Positions 25,596-39,740 of a stretch of DNA of 64,000 nt are shown one piece after another. Source of the stretch: Perkinsus chesapeaki ATCC PRA-425 (lineage: Eukaryota > Protista > Perkinsozoa). The translations under genes were made by a program, and so were the position numbers. The notes below the pieces were generated by a model. The model saw only the letters and a program-made list of their open reading frames with translations, ran no database searches and was not told where the DNA came from. The stretch spans positions 1 through 64,000 of the forward strand of contig JAAPAO010000066.1 in assembly GCA_013115145.1 (NCBI GenBank). The letters are read 5' to 3'. The first letter of the stretch is position 1; the number at the start of each line of letters is the position of its first letter.

Positions 25596-26995
25596 TTTTG
25601 CTTTTCATGTTCCTGTAATCCCTAGTGCTTACTGCATGCCTTCATTATTATGGTGTCTTTTACCCCACTTGCTTTTGAGTTTTCCCCGCGTCTCTTAGTT
25701 GGCACACGCTCCTGCTCCACTACATCCGACGTGTCCCCTTCACCGACTTGGTCGTTTTCAGCCATTACACTTCGTTATTTATGACAACATTATCATCGTC
25801 CATGTTTCTCGTATCGGTTTTCCTCCTCCTTCCGACGTCTTCAGCTTACTACACTGGTGGAGTTGACGATGGTCGATCATCGAGCACGCCCGGACAGTTG
25901 TCGAAGGGTGTTAAAAATGAGGTCAGCGTGCCTCAGAATAGCGCTGTAGCGCCAAGTGAGGAATTCCTATCGCGTCTACTTCAAACAGAGCCGGTCAGGT
26001 CCTGTCGAATCGGAAGGCTTGGGGCCGCTAACTGTCGGTATGGCGCCGAACCTTGCGAGAGAGTATCCTGAAGGAACCTTTGAGAGTGAAGGGGAATCAC
26101 CAAAGTTCAGCGTCAGCGATATGTTAGGTAGGCCGTCTACATGTTGGCTTTTGTGTCGGGAAGCTTCGATGTGTTGATTAATGGCCGCCTAAACGCATTG
26201 GTGAGGGAAGGTTGTTTTGAGAAGTCTTTGTCGGCTTCAAACGCCTAAGAGCGCATTTACTTTGGTAATTCGGTGAAGTAAATTTGGTGGTGGCTTCACC
26301 GACGTTGCCAAACGGTTATTAGGGCGATGCTGGCAATGCGGAGATGTACCTACTGCAGGTGTTAAAGTCCCTTCGGGATCGAGCAGCGTTATGTCAACTC
26401 AATTGGGAGGCGCCCCGGCTACTCACTACGGCATGACATTGGAGCAATGCGCTCAGAAGGTTGAGAAAACCGTTGGAGAGTAAGACGGGTTCGAATCCCA
26501 GGCGGTGCATTTTGATTTGTTAGGTTCGACACGTTCAAGGAGGGTGTTGGGAGGCTCCACTCCCGCGTTCTACAGGTATGCCGGAAAGTGTCGTTCATAG
26601 AGAAATTGAACTTTACATTCTTACCTGCCTAAATCAAGCTGCTTTACAAACAATGGCGGGAGAAATTTTGCAATGAAAAATAGTTGAGGGCAAAGTGAGC
26701 GTATAAGGAGTTATTGTTATATATTAATATACTTATTATTATAATATTGCTAATGTTGGATACGGTCGGCGGCGGCCTACTACTGTAGGAGTAGCGCTGC
26801 CTGAGTGCAGTAAGAGGCCGATATAACCTAGGCCTTAGGAAATAATATGACCTCTATTTAATAATACAATACTAACGCGGAAGAAAATAGGACTCTATAT
26901 TACTAATATAACTGCTGTTGTGATTCGTGCAATATCATCTTTATGTAAATTAATAAATAATTATTACTTTTCCAACTGCGGCAGTTGTCAAATAA

Positions 26996-27899
26996 ATGCT
27001 GCTGAAACATGGTATTTTGAAAGAGCCCGCATCGGTGCGAGCGTGCATTTACCGTCGACCTTGGATTTGTCAGTCTGAAGAAGCCTTGAAGAAAATAGAG
27101 ACGAGAACCGACGGATACTCTACACGAGAAGCCAATTTTGCTGCGGAGCTAACAAAGCTCTTCACATTAGAGCAAGAGGTTAAAGCAAGGTGAATCGCAC
27201 TATAAAGGATACGCAAAGATACGCCGGTCGCATCAGGGCTGGAGTTCTGAGCAAATGGATGGCAGACGAGAAGGTTGTGAGAGATCAGCTTTCGAAAGTG
27301 TAAGGAATTTCGTGGCGCGCGGTCCGTTAATAACTGAGCACCAGGTACCGTGATTTGGATACAAAATCGCTAATGCAATCTGATAAGTTGCTGACGATGA
27401 GCTCGGTCCTCCGCGCCGCCCTAACCAAGATGCAGGCCATCCACGATCATGTCAGCAAAGTGATCACAGCAGGTCAGCCGCACCCGCTGACCCTCCTCGG
27501 GACATTCCTGTTTAGTTGGCGAGGCCGAGTCTAGTATGTATCAGTGGGCATACAACGTAACGAGCAAAGTTAACTTTCATACCACACAGATCGTCACGGT
27601 GAGTTGGTGTTTTTAAAGAAGATCAGATGGCTGCAATCTCTCAGTTGGCGCAAAATCTAGAGTTCAGAATAGCCCAGAGCAAGGGGATGGAGCTGGAAGC
27701 AAGGCGAATGATGGCTCTCTATCAAAAACGTATGCGGGGGAAGAGGTCGCGAGTTCGATCCCGGGTCGGTGCATTTCAGTTGAGGACAAGTATGGCAAGA
27801 GCCCCGATTTCCTGGCGGTTGCGCGAGCGATTCTCGAAGAGAACGGCAACAAACTTCAAAGTGAGCTGCCCAGTTCGCCATCCCCAACACCTCGTTTAG
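26996..27899 (+). CDS. Hypothetical coiled-coil protein, fragmentary exons
   Basis: Heptad-like charged segments (EEALKKIETR...LTKLFTLEQEVKAR; ISQLAQNLEFRIAQSKGMELEARRMMALYQKR). The exon chain was not resolved. Confidence 0.3.
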
Positions 27900-27979
27900 G
27901 CACCTCCGTATCGGACGGCATTCATCCAGCGCTGACAGCCGGTGCCTCGTCTGTCGGTCCCACTGTCGCATGATAAGCG

Positions 27980-28819
27980 GTGTTGTCCCTTATTGCCAGT
28001 GCTGTTTGTTGGGTTATAGTTGCGTATAATTACTTACCGTCAGTATTCGTCTGGTTTATGGCAGTGTGGTGGTATAGACTGGTGTCTGATGTCCGAAGGT
28101 GCGATCCCATGGTGACACTAAATGCCATCGAGTTCGCCGTATCACTATCGGTTTTGATTATGGGAATCTATATAAGTATATCTCCTCTGAAGTGTATGAT
28201 GGAGCCATGGGTTCAATGGTGCATATGTCTTTATGCAACAGCTCTCTTGCTGACATCGATCATCGGTTGCTCTGTTACCTCTCAAACTGGGGCGACCTGG
28301 CATGGCGTCTATGCGTTACTCAGCGGGCTCCTACTGCTCGTCAGTTTCGCCCTCATTACGGTGTTATTGCTGGACCTATTATCTTTACAAAAGACTGCCG
28401 GCTCAATCTACAGCTTCTATAAGCGTGATTGGGAAGCAGCTGGATGTACCGGTGGTGATTGCACAGTTGCTGGTTGCCCGACTCCTCTGACATTCAACGA
28501 CATTAGTTGTGACTCTTGGGACGTTAAATCTGCGCTGATGCAATTCATGTCCGATCCTCCAGATTCTATTATTCTGGGCTGTGCTGGGGAGGACTTATCT
28601 GGCCTTAGATTGGCGTGGTGCAGATCCGAGGAAAATATCGCAAGCGAGCTGGAAGCATTTATCAAAATAACTTTGTCCTTTATATTAGCCGCTGCTTTAC
28701 TGCAGCTATTTTGTATCTTTTTGAACCATATCTACCGTTTACGTCTGGAGTCAAACGAATTGGATGATGCTGTCACTAGTGACCGGATGTGTCATGGTTC
28801 GGCGTCACGCCCCTTTTAG
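27980..28819 (+). CDS. Tetraspanin-like 4-TM protein, intronless (true start may be MVTLN, codon 44)
   Basis: TM1-short loop-TM2 ending IIGC, TM3, a large loop with 6 Cys, TM4 containing LLQ, then a short tail. Confidence 0.7.
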   Translation: MLSLIASAVCWVIVAYNYLPSVFVWFMAVWWYRLVSDVRRCDPMVTLNAIEFAVSLSVLIMGIYISISPLKCMMEPWVQWCICLYATALLLTSIIGCSVTSQTGATWHGVYALLSGLLLLVSFALITVLLLDLLSLQKTAGSIYSFYKRDWEAAGCTGGDCTVAGCPTPLTFNDISCDSWDVKSALMQFMSDPPDSIILGCAGEDLSGLRLAWCRSEENIASELEAFIKITLSFILAAALLQLFCIFLNHIYRLRLESNELDDAVTSDRMCHGSASRPF

Positions 28820-29783
28820 ACCGGACAGTCGTCACACTCGGCACGTTGATTTTCCTGATGTTCTCTCGATGATATACGGTGCGCTTTCTCTGGAGCATTC
28901 CAGCTTTGTGTTGACTTCAGTGAACTACATACCGAACTCGACATGGCAAGTGTTCATGAGGAACAACACGGAGCAGTGTGAGACTGGTGAACTATGGAAC
29001 AGTACAGAAGGAAGCCCCTTAGTAAACCCGATCGTGAGTGTCACTGCAAGCTGTAATGGTGTGCAGTGACAAAACTACCCGTTCATCAATCCCGTCCACT
29101 ACTGCTGAGGTGTTGGTCTTTCACATCACATGTGCTGCTAATAACATCGAGGGGTGAACAACTTCGACAAGCCGGTGGTTACCCATCTAACCTCAGCAAT
29201 GAAAAGGGCTTAGGGTCACACTCGTTGTTTGGTAAGTAGTATAGCGTCGTTATTTTCCCGCATCACTGTCCATGATTTTCGTTTCCACTATCATCAGCAT
29301 CTACTCCCTGATTATCACACCGGCGGTATAAAGTCTCATTTAGCCTTCTTAAACTCAAGGACCTCCTTCGTCCCAGCTTTTACAAGAACAAGCGCTCCGT
29401 TGGTTTCGAGCGTACGGGTGAGATAAATAAATGCCTGTGCCAGGGGAAATGGTGCTCTACTTCACCGTTATTCTCCCGTGGTCTGGCTGAATCAACTCAA
29501 TACGGTATGTCCAGCCGGTTGCCTCTAGTTCACCCATCTACTTCCGAGGCTGAGACGGACCTATTGCGTCTGCTCCGCTCAGAAGCCGAGGGCTACATAC
29601 TGTCAGGAGCCTTCTGTTTCATTTGATATGCTATTTACGATAAGGCTAGACTTTGCCTAAAGCACGTCTTGAAGCCTATCACATGGCGTCAGAGACGCTG
29701 TGCCCTTCGCTACTGACCACGGTCATCATTAATACATTATTATGGTTTGTTCACTAACTGTCAAACGCAAGGTCTGGTAATTG

Positions 29784-32700
29784 CTACTGTAGAGGAGGAA
29801 CTATGGAACAACTACCAGCGATAGACTGTTGAGTAAGCCAAGCACCGGTAGTAATAGGATAATCACCGACAATCCCGGCAGATTCATGACCACCTTTACG
29901 TATACAACGGGAGGATGCTACCCTTATACAACCATAAATTAAACCAATAGTGGGGCGGCGGCGGCAGAATGGGCCGATGATGAAATTATACCGTATTAAC
30001 AATAATTGCAAATAGTAGTGATGATGAAGCAGTCAGCAGTCGTAGTAGTAGTCAACAGATAAGAATAAAAAGACAGTACAGAAAATTAACTATTCGTCAT
30101 ATTGATCATACAAACGACCGCAGTTGCATCAGACTTACGCCATTCGACGTAGTAATAACAACAAAATCACAGCAGTTTGGGACTGGCACACTGTAGAGGG
30201 CAATCAGTGGTGTTGTTGCTGGGCATGAGCAGAGTCCTGTTCATGATTCTGGCTGCTGACTAGATTTTGTAGTTCAGCAAACAACGCATCTGAGCTTCTA
30301 GTGTCATCATCATGACCTGAACCAAGGTATCATATTCCTTACCGTTGTGATCAACTTACCATGCATTGCCGGGTCAGAACCAGCTCTTGGCCGAGAGGAT
30401 TCTCCTACGGATGCCAGCAGGCTCGGGAAACAACTAAATAGAGATATTTATGGTAGGCCAAACGACAATAGTAGATACTCGGCATGCTTTTGATAATGAG
30501 TGTCATATAAAAAAATGAATAATATAATACTTAACGTTGAAAATTAATACAAGTCGAATAGTATTATATAATATCTACTCTGCAGCACTGCTCCCTTCAC
30601 CAGGTAAAAGGCGCCCGCCATAGCTGCAAGGATGTGACTAGGTGGTCAGATGAAGCGGCCAAGTAATGGTATTAATATCAAACGGCACCAAATGCCTGCT
30701 GGGCACAAATAACGATCTATTATAGTTTTAATAATAAGGATTGAATACAAATATGACTTGGTGATAATGTTAATACAGATTCCCATGCTACTTGAAGCTC
30801 GCGCTCTGTGCGAGGCCTCCTAATGAATGATGACCGGTATTATTTGCCTTAGATGATGACGTGTGGAACGCTGGGGAAGCCAGCCCGGCTTGTACAGAAG
30901 GGTCCTGGCTGTACAGTTCCGAGAGCGCTCCAAATTCAGCAAACTCTGCCTCCTCCTCGGCGCTGAGGGGCTCTGCTTGATTAGCGAGACCTGATACAGG
31001 AAATAAATGTAATGAGGAAGTGGAGGCTTAATAATAATATATAAATGTAATGATGAAATGGAGGCATAATGATAATATATAAATGTAATGAGGGCCATCG
31101 TTGAGTCTATCATTACCAAGTAACGAGCCAACTGTGCACAAGGCAGGGCTCGAGGCGAAGGCCTTCATAAGATTACTGGTACTAGCCATATCACCATCAC
31201 CATCGTCATCATTAAGATGTGGTTGAGGTATGCTCATACTGGCAACATGCCTTAGTCCAGATCCACCCCCCAATATAGCAGCTGATGATTTAATATTAGG
31301 CAAAGGTGCTGCAACATCACCGAACTCGGTAACACTGGCATCGGTGGCAGTTCCAGATGCCAAGTCAGTTAAGCTGCTCGATGACGGATAGTCCTGCATA
31401 GCGTGACCTTCGCTTCCGGGAGTCTCCACACTAACAGGATAAGACGCCATGCTGCCATTCAAACGACCCGGGTTCGATTCCTCCCCCTTCCCCTTACGGA
31501 GCGTGTATAGTAACCTGTTGGTCAGATGGGATGGACATTGCTATCGAGGAGGAGCTGGTGTCATCAGCGTTCTAACAAAAACATACCGGAGAATCATGTA
31601 AATGGCAATGTACCTCCGATGAGCCTTGCAAACGGGAAGCGCTTGTCGAAGTGTGTAGAGAATGTCCGGCAGGTTCGCTCCGTCCAGTTGCTTGACCACT
31701 CTTCTGGGCTCCATATTGTTGCTGCTGCTGCTGGACGTACTGGCCATAATGTTGGTCCTGAGCGCAGGTTCAAATCCCAGTACCTCCATCTTTAATACCT
31801 GCTGTTGTTGCTGCCTCTGTTGTTGAGCCATCTGTTGCTGTTGCCACTGCTGGGCGGCAAGAGCAGCTGCAGCTTGCTGTTGAACGAACATTGCTTGTTG
31901 CTGCTGGGCGGTGTACGATAGGTACCTACCGAAGAAGGACATCAACAAATATTTCTCATTGATATCGGGAAATATAACTATACTAAATAATATAGTATAA
32001 ATTATAACTCCCTCAGTTCCACCAAGCTAATCTATATTATTAATAATAATGTTGATACAGGTCAATATAGTATTATCCCTTCTTGCGACTTCGATATGTC
32101 CGCCAAGGAGGGGAAAAAGCGATCGTTGATTTCATCCTTAGTCATGTCATCAGCGTGTTCCCAAGGCGACAATGAAATTGGATTTTCGTAGTAGGAGTCT
32201 TCCTCTATGACTCCCTGGTATCAACGAGCAGCAGGTCTGTGAGCTATAGCAGCTTTCCCTGCCAGAAGGATCATGTTACGGAAGTGTCCCCAAATGGAAT
32301 GCATTCTGCCACTGGAGTTTCACGAGGAACATCCTAGATCTAGCTCAGCTGCCACCTAGCCAGAGCGGTGGCAAAAGGATGATATGATACAGCCAAACCT
32401 AAAACCATTACATCTGTTGCATTGCAGCTTGCTGATGAAGTGATCGTGCAGCAGCCAAACTAAGGTTCTGTAGTTGAGCCTGAACAGTAACAAAAACCTA
32501 CTGGAATTGAACCCTCTCCTTTCCCCTACCGGTGTTGGTTCGAAGCCTCCAGCGATCGACGCCACAGCTGCCGTTGCTGCCGTTGCCGCCGCCGCTGCAA
32601 TGGCCCATTGTTGCTGCTGTTGAGCCGCGTAAGCCTAAATGTGCTTTAGGAATGGTAAGACCTCATTGCCTATTACTGCAGGGTCCTGTGTTGGTCTCTG

Positions 32701-34047
32701 CTGCATAGCAGCCGCCTGAGCCGCGGCAGCGAGCGAACCGGAAAGAACAGTGGCGAATTGGTTCTGCTGGTACTTCAAAACCTCAGCTGGACTCACAGCT
32801 ACCTCTGGTGGAGGAGTGAAACTAAATAAAACTATACATAGTCAAGTACAAAGGATATTTACATATTAGATGCCGGTCCCCGGGATTGAACCTGCGACCT
32901 AGGCATACCCTCATTGGAAGGATAAGCCCCCGCAGGCATAGAGGCAGTCTGATCGAGGCTTCCTCTGGTGGGCTGCTGCTGCTGCATTTGAGGAGGGGTA
33001 GGCACATGTGATACCGGAGGTAGATCTTCCATGTGTTGCAACCCCGGTGGGCTGCTTGGTCGAGACCCCTCACCAGAATGGATAGACCCATTTTCCCCTT
33101 CCTGAGAAATATCTTAATGCACGCGTGCGCAAGGGGACCCTACCTCACTGACAGGATTCTGCAAAGGTGTGGTACCAGGTGTTATGGAAACGTCTTCAGG
33201 TCCAGAAGGCACACCTAAAGCTACTCATCTTTAAGCAATACTAAAATCCGATCCTACTGGGGCGCTGCAGTTCCGCTTCCCCGTGTGCAAATCGGCACTT
33301 GTCACCCATATCGCATTTGCCCTTCTGCCACCAACTGCACAGAACCTACAGCGACGACCCTCCTCCTAATACGGCGACTGCTGCTATCTAAGTTCTACAG
33401 TCTTAAAGAGGCCTGGAGTGGCCTTGAGATCCTCAGTGGAGTGAGCGAACTGGCAGTCCTCTGCCTTATACGGACACCTCCCCTCAAGGTTAGCCTGGCA
33501 CATCTTGGTCTTACGAAGATCTGGTCTAACTTGGATCTGGCTGTAGTCATGAGCGTATGTACCTGATGATGATGACGGTCCCGATGAAGCCCCCACCCTA
33601 GTAGACAGTCTTTACATTTATCACCGTATAGGCAACACCCGCGAAGGAAATGCTTGCATAGCTTTGTTCGTAAAAACTGCTTCCGAACTCCCGGAGCAAC
33701 TGCACAATAAATCCATCGTGAGCATCCTTCTGACCAATTGTTGGGCCCTCACCTGCACTGTCTCCCTTGGGGCCATTGCTTGATGTAGGTGTGACAGCCC
33801 TGAAACGAACTAATGTGGCCGATCTTCGTCCCTCATCGGCTTACATTCCATTTCCTGACACCGATCTAGGATGATGATTATGCTTATTGCCTCCCTTCTG
33901 CCCCTCATGGTGTCCCGAATGTCGAGGGTGGTAGGGGGCCTGCAGCTGCTGCTGAGGCATGCCCCCATCAACATAGGGTACAGTGCCAGTCTCAGCGGCG
34001 GTGACCATGGGTCTGTTGGCGGCGCTATTAGTGTCCCAGGTATTCAT
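29784..34047 (-). CDS. Tandem CCCH zinc-finger RNA-binding protein (TIS11/TTP-like) with Q-rich low-complexity regions, multi-exon; 3' end approximate
   Basis: RKTKMCQANLEGRCPYKAEDCQFAHS and FKT|VLCSWWQKGKCDMGDKCRFAHG (C-x8-C-x5/6-C-x3-H with KT lead-ins). PolyQ/polyA exons lie at 31.5-33.0 kb. Confidence 0.8.
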
Positions 34048-34499
34048 TTAGTACATAAACTATAATAAGGGAAATTCTGAGACGACCGTCAGCAGCATAT
34101 ACACGGTAGAGTCCCCCATGTGAAAATCACCGTCCTCCGGCAACTTCTTCCCCTCCCCCTTGGTGAGGCAGACTAGTACACAACAATAACACGTATAGCA
34201 TCACATTGCCGAATAATATACAGCATCCTTGTAGCTCCGCATGGAGTCTTCGAATCCTCTGTTCCTCGGCGGCCAGAAAAGCTAAAGAGGGAAAACAAGA
34301 CAAACATTGGAAGTCATCGCCACGAGCCAAGTAATAAGCTGACAGTCTCTGGAAGCTGCCCCCCTCCTACTGCCATCGACAAGGAGATGTTGGAATCACA
34401 CTTTGCCAACCCAACACGGCATGTTCCGATAAAATCGACGGAGCGAAGCGACGCACGATGGCTGATTTTAGACGAGGGCGTTGCGAGTTACAAAGTGCG

Positions 34500-35480
34500 C
34501 AAGATCTATCAAGCAACTTTGGATCGTTCCGGAAATTCATGCGTGCTAGCATTCGAAGCCATATCAGTGATGAGCGTGGGGTGAACACGGACGGGCGTGT
34601 CCGGAAAGGATATATTCTCGCTCGCCCACATCCGCAGTTTGGAAACGGCCGAGGAGAACGGCTCAGGGAGCTTTATGAAATGAGAAGTAAACTGATAACT
34701 GTGATAACGTCGTTTTTGCCGCTTATTAGACGGTTGGAACAACATTACCAAAACAATATTAGCTGAGTATCGTTCTGGTAAATTACCAGGGGTAATGATG
34801 CTAGGTATTATTTAGTATCTCAGAGACTGCGTAACAGCAGTATGTTGTGACAACATTGTTGTCAACAAAACCGATTCTCTAGATCGCGATAGCATCTTAT
34901 GTCATCCCCTACTAACAAGCTACTACAGTAGTAGTAACTACAGTAGGTAGTAACCAGCACGCTAACAACCCCGAAGGAGATTGGAGATCGACCCCAAGCA
35001 GAAATTTAACGCCCGCCCTACCCCCAGTAACCCCAGTAGCTTTCTCTTTTGACTGGTCTCCTACGATAGAAGTCATCGGAGTGTCACCGGTCTCAGAGGC
35101 CTTCCATTTTTCGACTCTTCTTCAACATTTCTCGGATGATGCACCATGTTTTTACGTGACTGCAACGCACAGATAGATTTTTAAGGAATAGAAGAGAACA
35201 TAAGATATTAGCCTTAGGAGGCCAAAGCTTAGCTCGCACAGAGGGGACAGTGTACGAAAGTGACGCACCGGGAATTGAACCTGAGCGTCTTGCAGAGGAA
35301 TCTTGTGTTCAAATTTTATGGCACAAGTGGCGCTTTCTTCCAAGCACCAAGGTGCAACCGAAAATCCATATGGTAGAGCCAAACATCTATAGGTCTTGAA
35401 CACGTTGCCGGCCGTTGTGAAATCTTGGACTTAAAATCCTGGTTTTTCTCAGATGATAGTAGGGTGAGTTTTTGCCATAT
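34500..35480 (-). mobile_element. Decayed retroelement remnant (RT motif and possible integrase core)
   Basis: TDMAK...YRCLALPYGFSVAPWCL resembles the RT D..AF...LPFG...AP motifs. PTLITDMASNASTHEF resembles the integrase P..I.TDNG..F motif. Frames are broken. Confidence 0.4.
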
Positions 35481-36759
35481 CGGTTCTTGTTATTATGGTT
35501 ACTGATAGTAACTTACTATCGTACCAACCCCAGCCACGCTGAGGATCTCAGCCTGAGATGTGGTTTCTTCTTTATTCGAATTACCACCGTCTCCAGTATC
35601 ATGATCGTTGTTGTTCAAATTGGTATCGGTACAAACAATGTAACAGTTCTTAAGGGGGAGCATTTCGGCCGGTTCAAAGTAGGGGAGGGGGTCGGGATGC
35701 CTACAGACCGTCCAGCAGCTCCCGGTTTCTTAAAAATGATTGAAACGAAATTTGTTTGACGAATCACGTTTATATGAGTATACCGATTCTATTAATTTCC
35801 GCAGGGTGGAAAAATTCATCAATTTTGATCAGCGCAGGGTTTCCGCTATTTTGGCAGGCTAGCGTACTAGCCACAAGGTGTTGTGTTTGTGTACCCGAAT
35901 TGGTTTCCTCTTTTTGTGTAATTTCACTCTCATCGTTTCCTGTACAAAGGATCATTTTCACAACTCGCACACACTGTGTACGCTATTGCGCAGGCATCTC
36001 GCCTGGTTCAGTGAGACCAGCACTGCTGGTCCAGCAGTGAAAGAGACACGGTGTCTCAGACACCTACGTTAGCGTGAAGGTGCGAAGTGTCGTCGTAGCA
36101 ATCCTACGACCAACTGTCGGTGACAGCTTTGACGAGACGGGAAGAGCCACTTCGTACGTGAGATAAATGTCGTGCGCGATAACAACGGAGATGAACCGGG
36201 TTCATTGAACCCGCATTGCGTGCTCTGCAGCCATGCGCACAATGAAAAGCGCGAATTGTGCGAGGTGCGATACTTTTACTGCACTTGACTCATTGGGAGA
36301 AATTGCGCGCACTGCGTGAAATGCGAAGTGCGTTACGTGAAATACGCTACACGTGCAAAACACAGTCTTCTCTGCGCGCTAATACACGTGCAAAAGTACG
36401 CAAAAGCAGGCATTAGTGCTAGACTCATGGAATAATGTGTAGCAAAAAACTATCGTCGCAACCGGGAATCGAACTCACGACCCTCTGCAGATCGAAAAGG
36501 ACAGCAGGTAATGGAGGAGAAATAGACTCTAGGCTCTAGAGTAAATTCGAGTTCTCAGGTCATCCTGCGCTGGAGACTGTGTATAAAAGTTGATCATATA
36601 TCACATAATACTATTTATATTCGACATTGGCGTCACTGCGAGTCCCATGATTGGGTGATTACGTATTATATTTCATAACCATGTTGTGTATCAGTCATAC
36701 AGTATCGCCGCGCAGGATAGCAATACTTCCAGCCTGCCGCCAATAACTGCGATTATTCA

Positions 36760-39740
36760 GCTCAAGGAGCCATTGACAAGGGCTATATTAGTGTATATAG
36801 AGGTAGCGATATACCCTGGGACACCACACCCACTTTCGTTAATTGGCAAACGCAAAACTCTACATCGGAATTCGCTCCATTTCCATGCTACAAAAAGGTG
36901 CAAGATGAAAGTAGTAGCTCTCGAGTCGAGAGCATGACAGTGATGATAACGTTCTAACATTTACATCATCGGAGTTGAGAAATAGAATTTCTGTGGCGAT
37001 CTAAACAAGCCGTGAGCCTGAGAAAAACATATCTTTTTACGCTCAGTGCGGGACTTCAATATCCACGGCAGCCTCACCTCCCAATGAGAAGCGAGTAGAT
37101 GGCATGGTTGTTGGAATGCGCTGCCAATATCAGTGGCGACTCGCCTCGGCGGTTACGCACAGAAGGATTAGCACCATACTGATAAGTAACAAGAATTTAG
37201 TAATTCCTAATACGAGCACCGTAGCTTTTGGGCTCCTACTACTCGAGCTACTGTCTCAAGCCTGCGGTTGGGATTACCCCGAGAAGCAATCGAACCATTT
37301 GAAGATCTCCTCTCCGTACGGCCTGCATCAAAGGTGTATCGCCATCGGAGGGGCGTACCGCATTGACCTGCAAGCAAGCCCACTTTGAGGCAGCTCGACG
37401 GTGGCAAATGAATCACTTACGTCGGCTCCGGCTTCCAAAAGCAAAAGAGATACCTGCGGTTGATTCGACTCGAGCAAAAAGCTCGCAGTAGGTGGCCCAC
37501 TGGCTCCCTCTGGATTTGGTCGGCAGCCAAGTTTCTGACCAAGATTGGTGTCAAGACACTGTCGAGTCGACAGTATGCACTTCCAATACAGCGAAGTGAA
37601 CTAGAAATCACAGTTTCGCGTCTCACATACCGCGGTTGTTTGAGAATATTATCTAAACGCTTCCGGAATGACAGTTTCACTGACAGCCTATCATTTCCCG
37701 AGCTCCGGGAAAGTAGTACAGGTTTGCCTACGACCTACCAATAGCTTAGATACACGCTGGTGATCACCGGCTCGAACTGCACGCAGTAGTTCCATCTCAA
37801 GCTCTCTGAGTACTCCCGGCGATGGAAGAGGAGTCTTCAGTGTGGAGTTGAAGTTGAGCAGCTCAGACTTTGCCGTCATCGGCGTCGTACCAGACTCAAA
37901 CAGCTCAGCCGATACACCTCGTGTATTGTGCCCTGATCATTCGCACCCGTTCAGCTTCCATGATTATCGTATCTACTCATTACTCAAAACTAGCTTGTCC
38001 GATGGACTGCAATTGACCTCTGGCATGCTCGAGTGTCGCTCGACTCGCCCGCCACCATGGGGGAGCCTAACTGCCATCTTGGGTGTCGAGCACGACCCTG
38101 ATAAGTAGGCAGCGTCATGGTGCTTCATGTAAGGTATCGTATGGGTCGAATAGTCAAATGGAATGCCATAAAACTCGAGCCTATCACTGCGACATAGTAG
38201 GGAGGAACTATATGGCTATATCTAAGTTTCTAAGTTTCAACTGGTCTAAGTCTTATGTTGATAACCACATCGTACCTAATATAGGTAGCCTACCCGGATC
38301 AGATCCAGTAGTTCTCGTGAAAGGGCCAGTTGAGTCTGCCAAACTGTCATCATCATCATCCTCTGCAGATCTGATAGCCTCCCTATACGCTGTATGCAAG
38401 CCAGACTAAGAACGATATAGCGGTTCATATTAAAATATTGATATATACTGATATAATGATACTATTATTCGCAGATGTTAGTCTCGCATCGGCTAACCAA
38501 GATAATTCTCTCCTGGCCCAGGTGTTCTAGGTAATAGTAACCCAGATTTAGTCCTACAATTGCCTCTCAGAGCCGGTGATCAAATACTCTAAGTTAGGGT
38601 TAGAGAGTCTAACTCATTGCAGAAATAGGCCGCAATCTCTGGAGATCTATTCAAGACCTTACTCGCCGACATACACACATAGTCCAATAGCGACCCCCTC
38701 CTCACTTTATCCTCTCCAGTAGCTCTCATAGTGTTAATTTTCCTTCTAGTCACCTTCCCGCGTGCCGTTGAAGACGTCGACAATGAGCTCCAAGGTGACC
38801 GAAAGCACGATCCGCAGCCCGGCGTGATATTAACGCTGTATTCGTTGGCTGCCTGCCCAATGTGAGTCCCTTGCGATGATGAAGTCATGATTGAATAATT
38901 GAGCCTTCTGCAAGCGACATAGTACTCAAATTTTCGGAATAAGTCTATCCCAAATTCGAACCCGCTACCGGACCGGTACCGGCTATCTTCCGCGGATTCG
39001 CCGAATCGGCTTGCGTAACCATGCCAAGTATTTACAAGCCCTCTGCATTCGATAGACACATCCTACTACTATTGTTTGAGGCTGCACTATAACAGTATTA
39101 AAGTATATTTGACCATAAGCTATATATCTCCCAAAAGCAACACTAGTAGCAACTCCGATGAGGGAATGTTCTAGCCTCTGGGACAGTAGCTACTCCTAAC
39201 ACGGTAATGCAATGGAAGTTCGCCGAAACCGAAGGGAAACATTGCACACATTCCTCCGAGGAAGACTTGAATCAAGTCACTTGACGTTCTTTTATATGTC
39301 TCCTCGACCCATCCCAACTAGTCCCCTCTCTCATTAACATCACTCCAACATAATACTACCCTGCGTCCATCGACAAGCCTGCTAGCAGCAGCATCATCAT
39401 CATGCCACCCACATGCCTGGATCATAATTTCCTTCCATCTCAGCAGCCTCTCTGGCCTTCCTTTCCCTTTCCTTTTCCTCCTCAGCTTTAACAAACCTCG
39501 AATACTAAAGTACAAAAGCAATCCGATAATTCAACCGACCATATGAGGTTTACTCTGCCGTAAAGGACGAAGCTGGAGCCTCCGAGCATCAGCGTGGCGA
39601 AGACTGCTAGGTAATAGCAGATACTCAACCTGAAGGAACGCCCATCGAGCTCCTCATACGGTACAGAACCAGATATGCATAGGGTTATCAGGTCTGCAGA
39701 GCTACTACTCCGGTGTGATAATACCAACTTTTTCTGAACC
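36760..39740 (-). CDS. Ankyrin-repeat protein, multi-exon; outer boundaries uncertain
   Basis: Exons LLRAVRAGDHQRVSKLL (about 37.75 kb), DGDTPLMQAVRRGDLQMVRLLL (37281-37350) and YGANPSVRNRRGESPLILAAHSNNHAIYSLL (37087-37190). Confidence 0.7.

Noticed and set aside
25748-26071. 107-aa ORF with a hydrophobic, signal-peptide-like N-terminus
   Set aside because: No homology or exon chain could be supported; possibly a real secreted-protein exon but the evidence is insufficient.
31455-31490. T-loop-like GGGTTCGATTCC (also at 32870-32900, 27750-27780 and 35270-35290)
   Set aside because: These fall in coding or RT-like reading frames and are explained by codons; the stems do not pair.
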